From IMG/VR virus record IMGVR_UViG_3300033073_000489, positions 1 to 64,000 of that record: 64,000 nt of DNA; one strand, 5' to 3'. This stretch comes from a virus. Taxonomy: Duplodnaviria; Caudoviricetes. Positions 38,232 to 47,718 of the stretch are shown one piece after another. Position 1 is the first letter of the stretch, and each line of letters starts with the position of its first letter. The position numbers and the translations under genes are program-made. The notes below the pieces were generated by a model that was not told the origin of the DNA, did no database searches, and saw nothing but the letters and a program-made list of their open reading frames with translations.

Positions 38232-39176
38232 TTAATGTAGTTGAATCTTGCTAACAAGTCCTGGAGTAAAGTAGTCGGCATACATGTCGTATACTTGGCT
38301 AGTTACTTCCTTAAACTTATTAACTTCATCGCCTGACATAGTTACAACTTCAACACCTTCTGATTCGCATTGTGCTAAAATATTTGGAATATCTGCAACT
38401 GACTCACGACGCTCTGCGCGAGCTGCATTGAATGCGGCTGTTGCAAAAATTTCTTGAGTTGCTTGATCAAATTGAGACATGAAGTCTTTGTTTACAATAA
38501 TAGAAGTTAAGAACAAGCTGTGTGCTGTGTCGTTAACAACTTTGAAACTCTTGTGCTGATCTAGAGGGAACACACGAACGTATGTTGACTCACCAGCTTC
38601 GATGATACCTTGATCAGCAGCAGCGTTCATCTGCTCTAATTCAATACCTTCAAATGGGACAGCACCTAATAGCTTAAATGTATCAACTGCTACAGGGCTA
38701 CGGCTTGTGCGAACTTTCTTGCCTGCCCAAGCAGCAACAGTATCACCACGGAAGTTAGCAGGAACAACACGATAGCCACCGCTATATGTAAAGCTCATTG
38801 CGTGAATGTTACTATTCTTAGAAACACCAGCTAATAGCTCTGCACCAATTTCACCTTCTAAAACGCGATCAGCGTGTGCGTGATCTTGGAATAGGAATGG
38901 TAGATCTAAAGCATGTAGATCTTTATTGTAGTCAGCTAGCCATGTTGTGTAGATGTGGCTCATCTCGATTGTGCCGTCATTGATTAGGCCCATCAAGTCA
39001 TTCTTAGTAATTTTCTTACCATCATTATATTTTGTAGCATAGTCGCTTAGTGACAATACTTCAATATCAAACTTACCACCAGTTTTTTCGTTCACTTCTT
39101 GTGCGAAACGATTTGCTACTTTTAGGAAAAGTCCAATTGGTTCATGGGCGATTACCCAACGAATTTTTGTGCTCAT
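38232..39176 (-). CDS. DctP-like TRAP substrate-binding protein, no signal peptide (paralogue 1)
   Basis: ALDLPFLFQDHAHADRVLEGEIG, FTYSGGYR, GKKVRT, AHSLFLT; ATG 39176. Confidence 0.82.
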   Translation of the reverse strand: MSTKIRWVIAHEPIGLFLKVANRFAQEVNEKTGGKFDIEVLSLSDYATKYNDGKKITKNDLMGLINDGTIEMSHIYTTWLADYNKDLHALDLPFLFQDHAHADRVLEGEIGAELLAGVSKNSNIHAMSFTYSGGYRVVPANFRGDTVAAWAGKKVRTSRSPVAVDTFKLLGAVPFEGIELEQMNAAADQGIIEAGESTYVRVFPLDQHKSFKVVNDTAHSLFLTSIIVNKDFMSQFDQATQEIFATAAFNAARAERRESVADIPNILAQCESEGVEVVTMSGDEVNKFKEVTSQVYDMYADYFTPGLVSKIQLH

Positions 39177-39226
39177 ATGATTCTCCATTTAACGTTAAAT
39201 TGGGCAGGTCATGACTCTGCTCAAAG

Positions 39227-39234
39227 TATTTATA
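39227..39234 (-). promoter_or_regulatory. T4 late-type promoter for the DctP pair
   Basis: TATAAATA on the minus strand. Confidence 0.6.
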
Positions 39235-39487
39235 CTTTTGGAACTTCTAAGCTGTTATCTGCTAGTTTTTTGCCCCAATCGGCTATGTTCCATGCACGTT
39301 CGTGGAAGAAATAAAGTATGCTGTTAACTACTAGGGCAAAGCTAACGACACCTAGACCAACCATCCAGCTACCGCTTGCTAACCATCCGCCGATGAAATT
39401 AGTAATAGTTACTAAGATACGCCAGGTAATGACCTTGGCAACTGAGCGAGGGATGCGCTCTTGGAATTTAGTTTTAATATTGAACAT
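39230..39487 (-). CDS. DUF2061 family membrane protein
   Basis: RSVAKVITWR..ILYFFHERAWN. Confidence 0.85.
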   Translation of the reverse strand: MFNIKTKFQERIPRSVAKVITWRILVTITNFIGGWLASGSWMVGLGVVSFALVVNSILYFFHERAWNIADWGKKLADNSLEVPKV

Positions 39488-39561
39488 TATGTCTCCTTTG
39501 TAATTAAAACTGATTCCTAACCAAAATGCTTTCGTAAAAGCACTTCAGATAAGAATTTCTC

Positions 39562-40446
39562 TTACTTGCTGCTGTTAATTTTATCTTTATATTTGACTTG
39601 TAGAGATTTAACTTGCCCTACAGATCTAGTATAAAACTCTTCAGCAGTGACATTGTCAAACTGCGGCGGGCGCATTGCAGATAGATTATAGATCTCTTGC
39701 TCGCCTACTTTAGCAGTGGCATTGGTTAAAATCATTGCAATAGCTTTACGTCTTGCTTCTGGCATAGATTTATGTGCAACAGTAATATTAAAAACATATG
39801 GTGCATCAATTCCTAGTTGTTTTAATGTTTTTACATTGGGTGCTTGTTTTAACCTAGTAGGGCAACTGGCAGCAACCATTTGAAGTTTAGCGTTTTTCGT
39901 CTTTAATGCTTCATAGCTTTCAAACTTGTCAATTACAAATTCAACCCCGTTGTTTCCTGCCATATTGATCAAAGCATCGTTGTTACTCTTAAACACAATG
40001 TATCTAACATCAAACTTATACTTGTCACCTAGTGCTAGGGCAGTTAAGTGTGCAGCATTGCCATAGCCAACTCCCCCGACTACAAATTCTTTTTGCCCTT
40101 TTAAAGGTTTGTTAGTTACCACTGCCCAACAGGCATCACCGAAAGCGTGTAACGGAATATAGTCTGCTTCGTTTAGCTTACCCGACTCTACATTTTCTAC
40201 GTAAGCGGGGGCAATAATTGCAAGGCTGTTTTCATCTAAACTCTTCACAGCAATAATTTGATTACCACCTGGTTTAAATTCTACAATAAATTTGTAGATA
40301 GATTGACTAGCGTTAGCTTCGTCCACAACCCTGTGTAGTGCAGGAGTAGCACTATGTCCAGGACTGTAGGGGCTATAAATTTTAATTGTTTCTGCAAATA
40401 GAGAGTTGCTAAAAAGGATCATTAATCCAAGGATAATTTTTTTCAT
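39562..40446 (-). CDS. Bug/TctC-like substrate-binding protein (second, divergent copy)
   Basis: Signal peptide; YSPG, EFKPGGNQ, GGVGYGN..HL, IVFKS..ALINMAG, VKTLKQLG. Confidence 0.75.
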   Translation of the reverse strand: MKKIILGLMILFSNSLFAETIKIYSPYSPGHSATPALHRVVDEANASQSIYKFIVEFKPGGNQIIAVKSLDENSLAIIAPAYVENVESGKLNEADYIPLHAFGDACWAVVTNKPLKGQKEFVVGGVGYGNAAHLTALALGDKYKFDVRYIVFKSNNDALINMAGNNGVEFVIDKFESYEALKTKNAKLQMVAASCPTRLKQAPNVKTLKQLGIDAPYVFNITVAHKSMPEARRKAIAMILTNATAKVGEQEIYNLSAMRPPQFDNVTAEEFYTRSVGQVKSLQVKYKDKINSSK

Positions 40447-41693
40447 GTATCTGTCCAGTTGATTGAGTAATTAATAATGTGATGTCTAAAGTATTCTCTT
40501 ACACTAGGATCTTCCATTGAAAGCATTTCATAATCTTTGCTCAGTGCTAGGTTAGACTGCCACGGAAGAATTGCCTTACCTTTAATTAGTAAATTGCCTA
40601 ACGATTCTAATTTAGTTTTAAAATGAAAATACCAATCATTTTTATCATAGTTATGTATGTATTCACGAGCTACGTATTTGTAAGTCCCCACGGTATTTCT
40701 AATCTTACAACCGTTGTTATTATTGGCCATACTCCATAGTTGGTAGTCGGTTCCGTTAAACCAGTTAATTGTAGAATCTATACATTCACGTTTAGGCATT
40801 TCCATATTGAAATATAATGCACCGCGAACAGAACAGTTTAGATACTTAACATTAAAAATTAACCACCAAAAGAAATCATGTAATGTATGGACTGGAACTC
40901 TTGCAGTATTAATGTTATGGCGATACTTTTCGTATAACAATCTACCAAACTCTAATCCTTCGGGCGTATGATCATATGCCAAGTGTCTTACAATAATGTC
41001 TTTGTAAACACTAAAATGCACTTCGCCGGTTGCTATTTTATATTTTAATGGTCGCAGTCTTTCTCTAGTTTCTGGACTCAAATGTCTAATATACGCATCG
41101 TAGTTGTGATATAGTTCCAACCCAATACTAGTCCCCATAATGCAATCACCTTCGTCAGAAGTAATTGGCATGTATCCTGCATTAATGAGATCGTCATACC
41201 AATATTTGTGAGAGTCAAGTATTGTAAACTTACCAAAGATATATTTTTCCCACACATAGGGGTTTTCTATAATAACGTGAACGCTTGCACATATTACTAC
41301 AGACTTTAGTTCTTCTGTGGTTAAGTTCTTTAATAGTGCAATTAATACTAGTGTGCTATCCATGCCCCCAGAGTAAAGTAGTGCAAACTTTTTCCCTGCA
41401 TTAATTAAGGCTTTAATTTCCAGGGCACGGGCGTCGGTAACTTCTTCGAATGTTTTTTCAAACCTAGGGTTATACTCGGGCATAGCAAAGTCGGGTATAA
41501 TTTCTTGCTTCCATGGCAAGCTCCACTCGCTATCATTTCTACTTACAAAACGATTTAACGGAAAACGCCTAGCAATGTCTAGGTAAAATTTGCCACCGGG
41601 TCCTGCCTCTTCTCTAATACTGTTCCAGAAGTCCCACGGTGCAAAGTGATCGCCGCGAATATTATGGAAGTATATAGTATCATCTAAATTCAT
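40443..41693 (-). CDS. Asparagine-synthetase-C-like PP-loop ATPase
   Basis: LLYSGGMDST, TSDEGDCIMG; close paralogue of 43540..44799. Confidence 0.78.
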   Translation of the reverse strand: MNLDDTIYFHNIRGDHFAPWDFWNSIREEAGPGGKFYLDIARRFPLNRFVSRNDSEWSLPWKQEIIPDFAMPEYNPRFEKTFEEVTDARALEIKALINAGKKFALLYSGGMDSTLVLIALLKNLTTEELKSVVICASVHVIIENPYVWEKYIFGKFTILDSHKYWYDDLINAGYMPITSDEGDCIMGTSIGLELYHNYDAYIRHLSPETRERLRPLKYKIATGEVHFSVYKDIIVRHLAYDHTPEGLEFGRLLYEKYRHNINTARVPVHTLHDFFWWLIFNVKYLNCSVRGALYFNMEMPKRECIDSTINWFNGTDYQLWSMANNNNGCKIRNTVGTYKYVAREYIHNYDKNDWYFHFKTKLESLGNLLIKGKAILPWQSNLALSKDYEMLSMEDPSVREYFRHHIINYSINWTDT

Positions 41694-42445
41694 CTTTTTC
41701 TAATCAATGGAATTAATATTTTTGCAGAGCTGTCAAACTCCCACCATTTCTCACCAAAGTTGGCAGCACCAGCATTATAATGATGATTGTTATGCCAGCC
41801 GTGTCCCCATATAAACAATCCAGTAAACCAATTGTTAACTGAGTTATCGTCAGTATTATGATTCCTATATCCCATTGAAGGCAAATGCCCTACTAGGTTT
41901 ACTAGGTTATCCTGATGGTGACTTATTAGAATTGCAGGAATTAACATACCTAATGCAAATTGCCAAGAGATTAAAGTAGCAATAATTATAGTTCCCCAGA
42001 ATACTTTATTATGGTTTTCGTGTAAGAACATTAGATACGGATCTTTCATAATGTCTCTGGCCGATAGTAAATTTACAGTCTCTGGATTGATCTTGACCTG
42101 CCATGTAATAAACGCACTTAGCTTGCCGTGTATTGGACTGTGAAGGTCTTGCTCTTTATCAGCATATCTATGATGACTTCCCCTATGTAACGCCACCCAA
42201 AACGGCAAACTTCCGTCTGCACTCATGAGTCCTAAGTATGCTAATATCTTAGCAATGATAGGATATGTTTCAAAACTTTTGTGAGCAAAATATCTATGAT
42301 AACCAACTGCAACACCGTATCCGCCTATAAGAGTCCATAGAATAAAAATCCCAACAGCGTTTACCCATGTATAGTCTATAAAAAACAAACTAATAAAAAA
42401 AATTGCATGTAGCGGATAACTTACTTCATGTAAATGTTTATTCAT
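41690..42445 (-). CDS. Delta9-type membrane fatty acid desaturase
   Basis: His boxes HRYFAH, HRGSHH, HNNHH. Confidence 0.9.
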   Translation of the reverse strand: MNKHLHEVSYPLHAIFFISLFFIDYTWVNAVGIFILWTLIGGYGVAVGYHRYFAHKSFETYPIIAKILAYLGLMSADGSLPFWVALHRGSHHRYADKEQDLHSPIHGKLSAFITWQVKINPETVNLLSARDIMKDPYLMFLHENHNKVFWGTIIIATLISWQFALGMLIPAILISHHQDNLVNLVGHLPSMGYRNHNTDDNSVNNWFTGLFIWGHGWHNNHHYNAGAANFGEKWWEFDSSAKILIPLIRKR

Positions 42446-42974
42446 TTTTATAACACCACCTCACTGTTTGGTCTACTGGAAATACAAGCTGATTGACTAG
42501 GTTATTTATGAGTATGCTATCTACCCGTTTATTTTTAGGAATAAGGCACATGTCAAAAACTTTATACTTTCTTAATTCTGCAGAGTGGTCTCGAGTGTTT
42601 GCACTAGAAGTAAAGCTAGTCGGTTGCACATAGATAAAATTATGAATATTGTGTGATTCCCAATAAGGTATAGCAGTATCGTAAAGCGCAGCTATACCAT
42701 TAGTTGCTGCATCGAATCTAGTATTGCCTTTCTTACACACTACTAGGCTCATATACCATGCAGGTAAAAATAATAGTCGCTTGGTTACCATAAAAGATAT
42801 AAGCTCGTGATTATCATCGAAGCAGCCAAATGTTATCACATCCATTGTTAGGATACGTTTAACATCGGAGGCGGACATGCGGTTCTGCAAAACACGCCTG
42901 CTAAATTTATGATGCTCTAAACATAGATTATGAATTTTTTGAAAATCATGATCGTCGCATACTCTTACATACAT
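42438..42974 (-). CDS. GNAT-fold-like hypothetical protein
   Basis: Resembles 51567..52214 (FGCFDD..LISF vs LGYYEE..MISW); ATG 42974. Confidence 0.5.
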   Translation of the reverse strand: MYVRVCDDHDFQKIHNLCLEHHKFSRRVLQNRMSASDVKRILTMDVITFGCFDDNHELISFMVTKRLLFLPAWYMSLVVCKKGNTRFDAATNGIAALYDTAIPYWESHNIHNFIYVQPTSFTSSANTRDHSAELRKYKVFDMCLIPKNKRVDSILINNLVNQLVFPVDQTVRWCYKNE

Positions 42975-43540
42975 TCGTTGACCCTCTTGGTAAGTTCTTC
43001 CCAACTTATGCTTGGAACAAAGGTTGCCGAAATAGTTAATCTCGGCAACGTATTTTTACTTACATCTAAGACATGCGGATACTCTGTGCGAACAAACGCA
43101 CCGGACATTGATAACGTTTCTTGATGTAGCGCAGGTTCTATAATTGGGAGAATAAACGCACCAGAATGGTTGTCAAACGATTTAATATCAAAGTCGTCAG
43201 GTATAGCATGCCAAGATATAATACCCGGTTCGCCACCGACATAAAAGGCTAGTCGAAAACGGAGAGGCCCCTCAACAGTATTCCCATCTATATGATTGCT
43301 AGTAACAGTTCCGGGTCTGGCAGTAAATGCATTAATCTTTGCTACTCTCAAACCTAGTTTTCTAGCAAGCTCTGTTAGATTTTTTCCAAACTGTGTTTTT
43401 AAGATAGTTCTTAAATTTAAATATCCGTGGTATTCTAACTGTTTGGTTGAATCGTGTTCATGGAGCATTGCCTGTATTAATGCAACATCTTCTTGAGATG
43501 GAGTAAAACTTGTAAAGGGTATTAGGAAGTTTTCTCTCAT
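42965..43540 (-). CDS. HxD..H 2OG-Fe(II)/cupin-type oxygenase
   Basis: NHIDG, PHVL, PRLTIS. Confidence 0.65.
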   Translation of the reverse strand: MRENFLIPFTSFTPSQEDVALIQAMLHEHDSTKQLEYHGYLNLRTILKTQFGKNLTELARKLGLRVAKINAFTARPGTVTSNHIDGNTVEGPLRFRLAFYVGGEPGIISWHAIPDDFDIKSFDNHSGAFILPIIEPALHQETLSMSGAFVRTEYPHVLDVSKNTLPRLTISATFVPSISWEELTKRVNECM

Positions 43541-44799
43541 CAGTTTGGCCAGTCTATTTGATAGTTAGTAATTTTGTTTCTAAAGAAGTCTGCAACACCG
43601 GGTTCGTCGAAGCACAGCCATTCGTATTTGTTATTAACACCTAGAATATGCCTATCTTGGAATCGCATATTGTGTATCTTACCTTTGGTGCGCAAGTTGC
43701 TTAACGATTCTAATTTAGTTTTGAAATGAAAATACCATTCATTGTTATCAACATCTTTAATATATTCTCTTGCGGCATACTTGTATGTTGCAACAGTATT
43801 GCGGATCTTCTGACCATTATTGTTATTGGCCATACTCCATCGCTGATAGTCTGCACCATTAAACCAGTTAATAGTCTGATCTATGCATTCCTTAATTTCT
43901 AATGAATCGTTAAAGAAAATTGCACCGCGAACAGAGCAGTTCAAATATTTAACGTTAAAAATTAACCACCAAAAGAAATCATGTAGTGTATGCACTGGCA
44001 CATTAGATGTATTTGCGTTATGCACATATTTTTCATATAGCAATCTACCAAATTCTAATCCTTCAGGTGTTTGGTTGTATGCCAGATGTTTGACAATAAT
44101 GTCTTTGTAAACACTAAAATGAACTTCGCCTGTTGCTATCTTATATTTTAATGGTCGCAGTTTTTGTTTAGTTTCGGGACTTAGATTATGAATGTAAGCA
44201 TCATAGTTATGATAAACTTGTAACCCTATGCTAGTCCCCATAATGCAATCGCCTTCGTCGGCAGTAATTGGCATGTATCCAGCGTTAATAATATCATCAT
44301 ACCAATTGTAGAGTGATTCAATAATAGTAAACTTACCTTGAATATATTTGTTCCATACGTGCGGGTTTTCAAGCATAGCATGAACGCTTGTTGAAACAGC
44401 AACCGACTTTAATTCTTCTTCAGATAAATTCTTAATTAGAGATAACAATACTAAGGTGCTGTCCATACCGCCCGAATACATTACTGCAACCTTTTTGCCC
44501 TGCCTTATTAAATCTCTAACATAGAGCGCCCGTTCGTCAGTTACTTCTGCAAATGATTTTGAAAAGTTAGGATCGTATACCGGCATTTCAAAACCTGGCA
44601 TTAATTCTTGATTCCATGGCAATGACCATTCACCTGCTCTAGCAACAAAGCGGCTAGGACTTAGTCGCTTTCCTAGATCAATAAAAAACTTTCCACCAGC
44701 ACTTGATTGCGCTCTTACTTCGTCCCAAAAGGCTACAGGCCCAAAGCGATTTTCGTAGCGAACATTTCCAAAGTATAAGATTTCATTTGGTTGTATCAT
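43540..44799 (-). CDS. Asparagine-synthetase-C-like PP-loop ATPase
   Basis: VMYSGGMDST, TADEGDCIMG; ATG 44799 overlaps the partner's stop. Confidence 0.78.
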   Translation of the reverse strand: MIQPNEILYFGNVRYENRFGPVAFWDEVRAQSSAGGKFFIDLGKRLSPSRFVARAGEWSLPWNQELMPGFEMPVYDPNFSKSFAEVTDERALYVRDLIRQGKKVAVMYSGGMDSTLVLLSLIKNLSEEELKSVAVSTSVHAMLENPHVWNKYIQGKFTIIESLYNWYDDIINAGYMPITADEGDCIMGTSIGLQVYHNYDAYIHNLSPETKQKLRPLKYKIATGEVHFSVYKDIIVKHLAYNQTPEGLEFGRLLYEKYVHNANTSNVPVHTLHDFFWWLIFNVKYLNCSVRGAIFFNDSLEIKECIDQTINWFNGADYQRWSMANNNNGQKIRNTVATYKYAAREYIKDVDNNEWYFHFKTKLESLSNLRTKGKIHNMRFQDRHILGVNNKYEWLCFDEPGVADFFRNKITNYQIDWPN

Positions 44800-45524
44800 G
44801 CAGGACCATTCATTGTAAAGTTGTGTTTTTCGTCTATAAGAGTATAATAGTAATCTGCCATCCACCATACTTTGTCATAGTTTTCTCTCCAGATTGTTTC
44901 AATCTTAGATTTAGCTTCTTCAAGTGTTTGACTGAAATATAAAATCTTCTTAATTTCTTGAGTAATTCCGTTTGAAAAATCTGACCTATCGGTATACGAG
45001 CTAACAGTATCTAACCATTCTTTAGGTAGGAACTCTTGCGCTACAGTATTATTATCGTGGAAGTTTGCGGCTGCGTTACACACGCTAGTTGCATACATTG
45101 ACTTGTGAACATAGTCTGCATATTCTTTAATCTTTGTAAGCATTTCTAAAGGCCTACCAAACTTGTAGTCTGCCGGTAAACCTTGATAATCGAGCTGTAG
45201 CGGATTATCAATAATTCTTACCATAGGGAGCTGTCCTGCAATCAAGTCTGCAACACCTGCTTTCTTTTGTCTAGTCTTATCAAACAACATAAAATGTAAG
45301 CAGTTCTCGTTTGTCACTTTGCCGATCGATGCTGGCAAAACATACACCATCGAAGCAATCTTTGATGATAGCACTCTTGCGGTCTGAAGAGTAGTCCAAA
45401 GATCGTATTGATCGATTATCAGCCATCTATCAAAGACTTGACAGTAAATCCCGTAGTTCTTTCGGTTGCCGTCTTTATCAAAGTAGTAATGATGATATGC
45501 TGGCAAATTTGGTCCCCATTCCAT
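44796..45524 (-). CDS. Hypothetical protein, translationally coupled upstream of a PP-loop ATPase
   Basis: 242 aa; ATGA overlap; CTAAATA upstream. Confidence 0.75.
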   Translation of the reverse strand: MEWGPNLPAYHHYYFDKDGNRKNYGIYCQVFDRWLIIDQYDLWTTLQTARVLSSKIASMVYVLPASIGKVTNENCLHFMLFDKTRQKKAGVADLIAGQLPMVRIIDNPLQLDYQGLPADYKFGRPLEMLTKIKEYADYVHKSMYATSVCNAAANFHDNNTVAQEFLPKEWLDTVSSYTDRSDFSNGITQEIKKILYFSQTLEEAKSKIETIWRENYDKVWWMADYYYTLIDEKHNFTMNGPA

Positions 45525-45605
45525 TAATTAAAGTCCTATATTATAGGAAATATTTAGTGTGCGATGAATTTCAAGATAAATATTGTGACTAAAGGAGTCA
45601 AATAT

Positions 45606-45899
45606 ATGACCTATCAACATACAACTATCTTAATTAGACCGGACACTAGTTCGGAATTTTTTACGTTTACCCCTTCTGTCCAGGCATATGTTAAAGCAAC
45701 ATACGAAGACACAGGCAAGGTTCAAAACGTTTATACAGTTTCCCCAGACGGCCTATCAAAAACTTTACAAAAGACATGGGTTGATCACGAAGCATCTTTA
45801 CAGTTTGCACATGATCCTGCACTTCAGGAAGAGTTTGCAAGACGCGATGCATACATGATTGAGCGCGGTCACACTTACAGATCATTTCCAACACCCTAA
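45606..45899 (+). CDS. Small hypothetical protein (97 aa)
   Basis: GGAG RBS, GATAAATA upstream, ATG 45606. Confidence 0.7.
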   Translation: MTYQHTTILIRPDTSSEFFTFTPSVQAYVKATYEDTGKVQNVYTVSPDGLSKTLQKTWVDHEASLQFAHDPALQEEFARRDAYMIERGHTYRSFPTP

Positions 45900-45913
45900 T
45901 TTGAAAGGCGAGC

Positions 45914-46741
45914 ATGTTCCAACAGGAAGTATTAGCACATAAATCAGCAATTAAAGATAAGAATTTTGTTGTTCCGGACTATATCCTTAACAAAGGCGAA
46001 ACAAACGTAAATTTGTTTAACAGGCATTGTCCACATAGGATGTATCCTTTAGCAGAACCGGGACAACACGTAGAAAATATTCTGTGCGAACTGCACGGAT
46101 TTGAATGGACTAAATCTGGAATTCCTATCAACAACGATCGAAAGATTGGTTGCGGTAGTGCTAATATTGGTAAGTCTGGACTTGTGTTAAAAAACTTTAC
46201 AGAGCCCAATCATAAATGGGTTGATGTGTTAGCCAGCGAAACTGGCTTAGAATATAGTCACATGTGTAAGGGTGCCAGCAACGGCAACTGGTTATTCATG
46301 ATGGATATTCAAGCAGATTTGTTTCATATTAGAAAAGGCGGTGTCCACCCTGGCCTATCAGAAGAGACAAACTTAGACGAAGTTACATTAGATCAGGGCG
46401 ATGGTTGGGTCATACAATACTGCGCAACTGGGTTCTGGCTTGTAATTTATCCATACACTTTTATCGAATGGAGTCCCGGTTGCCTGGCGATAAACTATGT
46501 TACGCCTAACGACCCTGCAAGCGAATTTGGATTTACTTGGAATACACAGTTCTACTATGATCCTGCAACTACCTTAGAAAAACGTAAACAGTTTGAAACA
46601 CTAGAAGATGTTTTTAAGGAAGACGTTGGAGCGATCGAAAAGATAAAAGGAAAATTCTTTCCTGTTATGAAATCAGAGAGTCCACTTGAGGATCACTGTG
46701 TTCACTTTGGCCAGTGGTTGTTTCAGAACAGAGTGCGGTAA
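45914..46741 (+). CDS. Rieske [2Fe-2S] oxygenase-like protein
   Basis: CPHR..CELHG Rieske ligands; FHIRKGGVH and FKED mononuclear-iron-like residues. Confidence 0.75.
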   Translation: MFQQEVLAHKSAIKDKNFVVPDYILNKGETNVNLFNRHCPHRMYPLAEPGQHVENILCELHGFEWTKSGIPINNDRKIGCGSANIGKSGLVLKNFTEPNHKWVDVLASETGLEYSHMCKGASNGNWLFMMDIQADLFHIRKGGVHPGLSEETNLDEVTLDQGDGWVIQYCATGFWLVIYPYTFIEWSPGCLAINYVTPNDPASEFGFTWNTQFYYDPATTLEKRKQFETLEDVFKEDVGAIEKIKGKFFPVMKSESPLEDHCVHFGQWLFQNRVR

Positions 46742-47645
46742 GTAGCTGCTCTTCTGTATAGATATAAGTGTTAGACCTAACTTTAGCAACAATATTTTTT
46801 GCACCAAAGTCTAACATAAAGCGAGGCTTTGACATTACCCCTGGGTCTTGTTCCCCTTCAAAGCCTACCATCTTTGGTCTCACTTCAATACTTGGCCACC
46901 ACTCTTGATGTATAATTGCCTTACTACTGTTAATTGACAGTTTCCCTGGGATATTGTCGTTAAGCAAGGCCTGAACCATAGGTAGACGAGTATGTGCTAC
47001 AATTAGCTCAGGCGAATACTCATACCAGTCAGTAATAGCCGGACGACCTATAGTTTTATGATAAACAGCCCAGTGCTTTGGCCCTTCTGCTAGTTCAAAC
47101 ACCCACGGATATTTTTTAGTCATATCTCGACTAGTTCTGCGCCAGTAAGATTCCCCACTTCCAAATATAGGAGTTCCATCTAGATATTCAGTCATCTTCA
47201 TATGCGGTAACCAACCTGTGCTATTTGCATAGCACTTGGACCAAATATCATACGCTTCTTGTTCAAAGAATTTTTCTAGATTAAAATCTATCACTTTAGG
47301 AGTAACATTTAATTCTTGACAAATTTTAATAGCACGATCAAACTCTCTATAGTTGTAGTTGTTTTCGTATTTGAAGATGTAAACATTAATTGGTATTTTT
47401 AAATCGTGGTAGATTCGTAAAATAATTTCGCTGTCAATTCCACCGGAGAACAACAGATCTAGATCACCTGAGAATGTATCGCGAATAAGGGTAGCGTTTG
47501 CAGCTAATTCTTCGTAGTAGCTTCTTACAGGGCCGGTTACTATATTTTTAAGTTTAATGTTAAATCTGCTAGTTGGCTTTAGTTTAGGCCCGTATGGCTC
47601 TGCATTATCGTAGTTCCATTCTAACCAATTATCTTTATAAAACAT
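46665..47645 (-). CDS. PP-loop ATPase (asparagine-synthetase-like), fourth copy
   Basis: LLFSGGIDSE, FGSGE; ATG 47645 with TATAAATA at 47666-47673. Confidence 0.72.
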   Translation of the reverse strand: MFYKDNWLEWNYDNAEPYGPKLKPTSRFNIKLKNIVTGPVRSYYEELAANATLIRDTFSGDLDLLFSGGIDSEIILRIYHDLKIPINVYIFKYENNYNYREFDRAIKICQELNVTPKVIDFNLEKFFEQEAYDIWSKCYANSTGWLPHMKMTEYLDGTPIFGSGESYWRRTSRDMTKKYPWVFELAEGPKHWAVYHKTIGRPAITDWYEYSPELIVAHTRLPMVQALLNDNIPGKLSINSSKAIIHQEWWPSIEVRPKMVGFEGEQDPGVMSKPRFMLDFGAKNIVAKVRSNTYIYTEEQLLTALCSETTTGQSEHSDPQVDSLIS

Positions 47646-47718
47646 GTTTTGTCCTGTAAGTGAGATATTTATAGGGCTAGTTAAAGCTGTAGATAAATAC
47701 TGAATAAAGGAATTCAAT

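Noticed and set aside
39490-39560. Hairpin GUGCUUUU-ACG-AAAGCAU upstream of the DUF2061 gene as a riboswitch
   Set aside because: A single modest hairpin with no recognisable aptamer consensus; it may be a processing or attenuation site only.
37194-40446. Functional TRAP/TTT transporter operon
   Set aside because: No DctQ/DctM or TctA/TctB membrane subunits in the window, and the DctP copies lack signal peptides.
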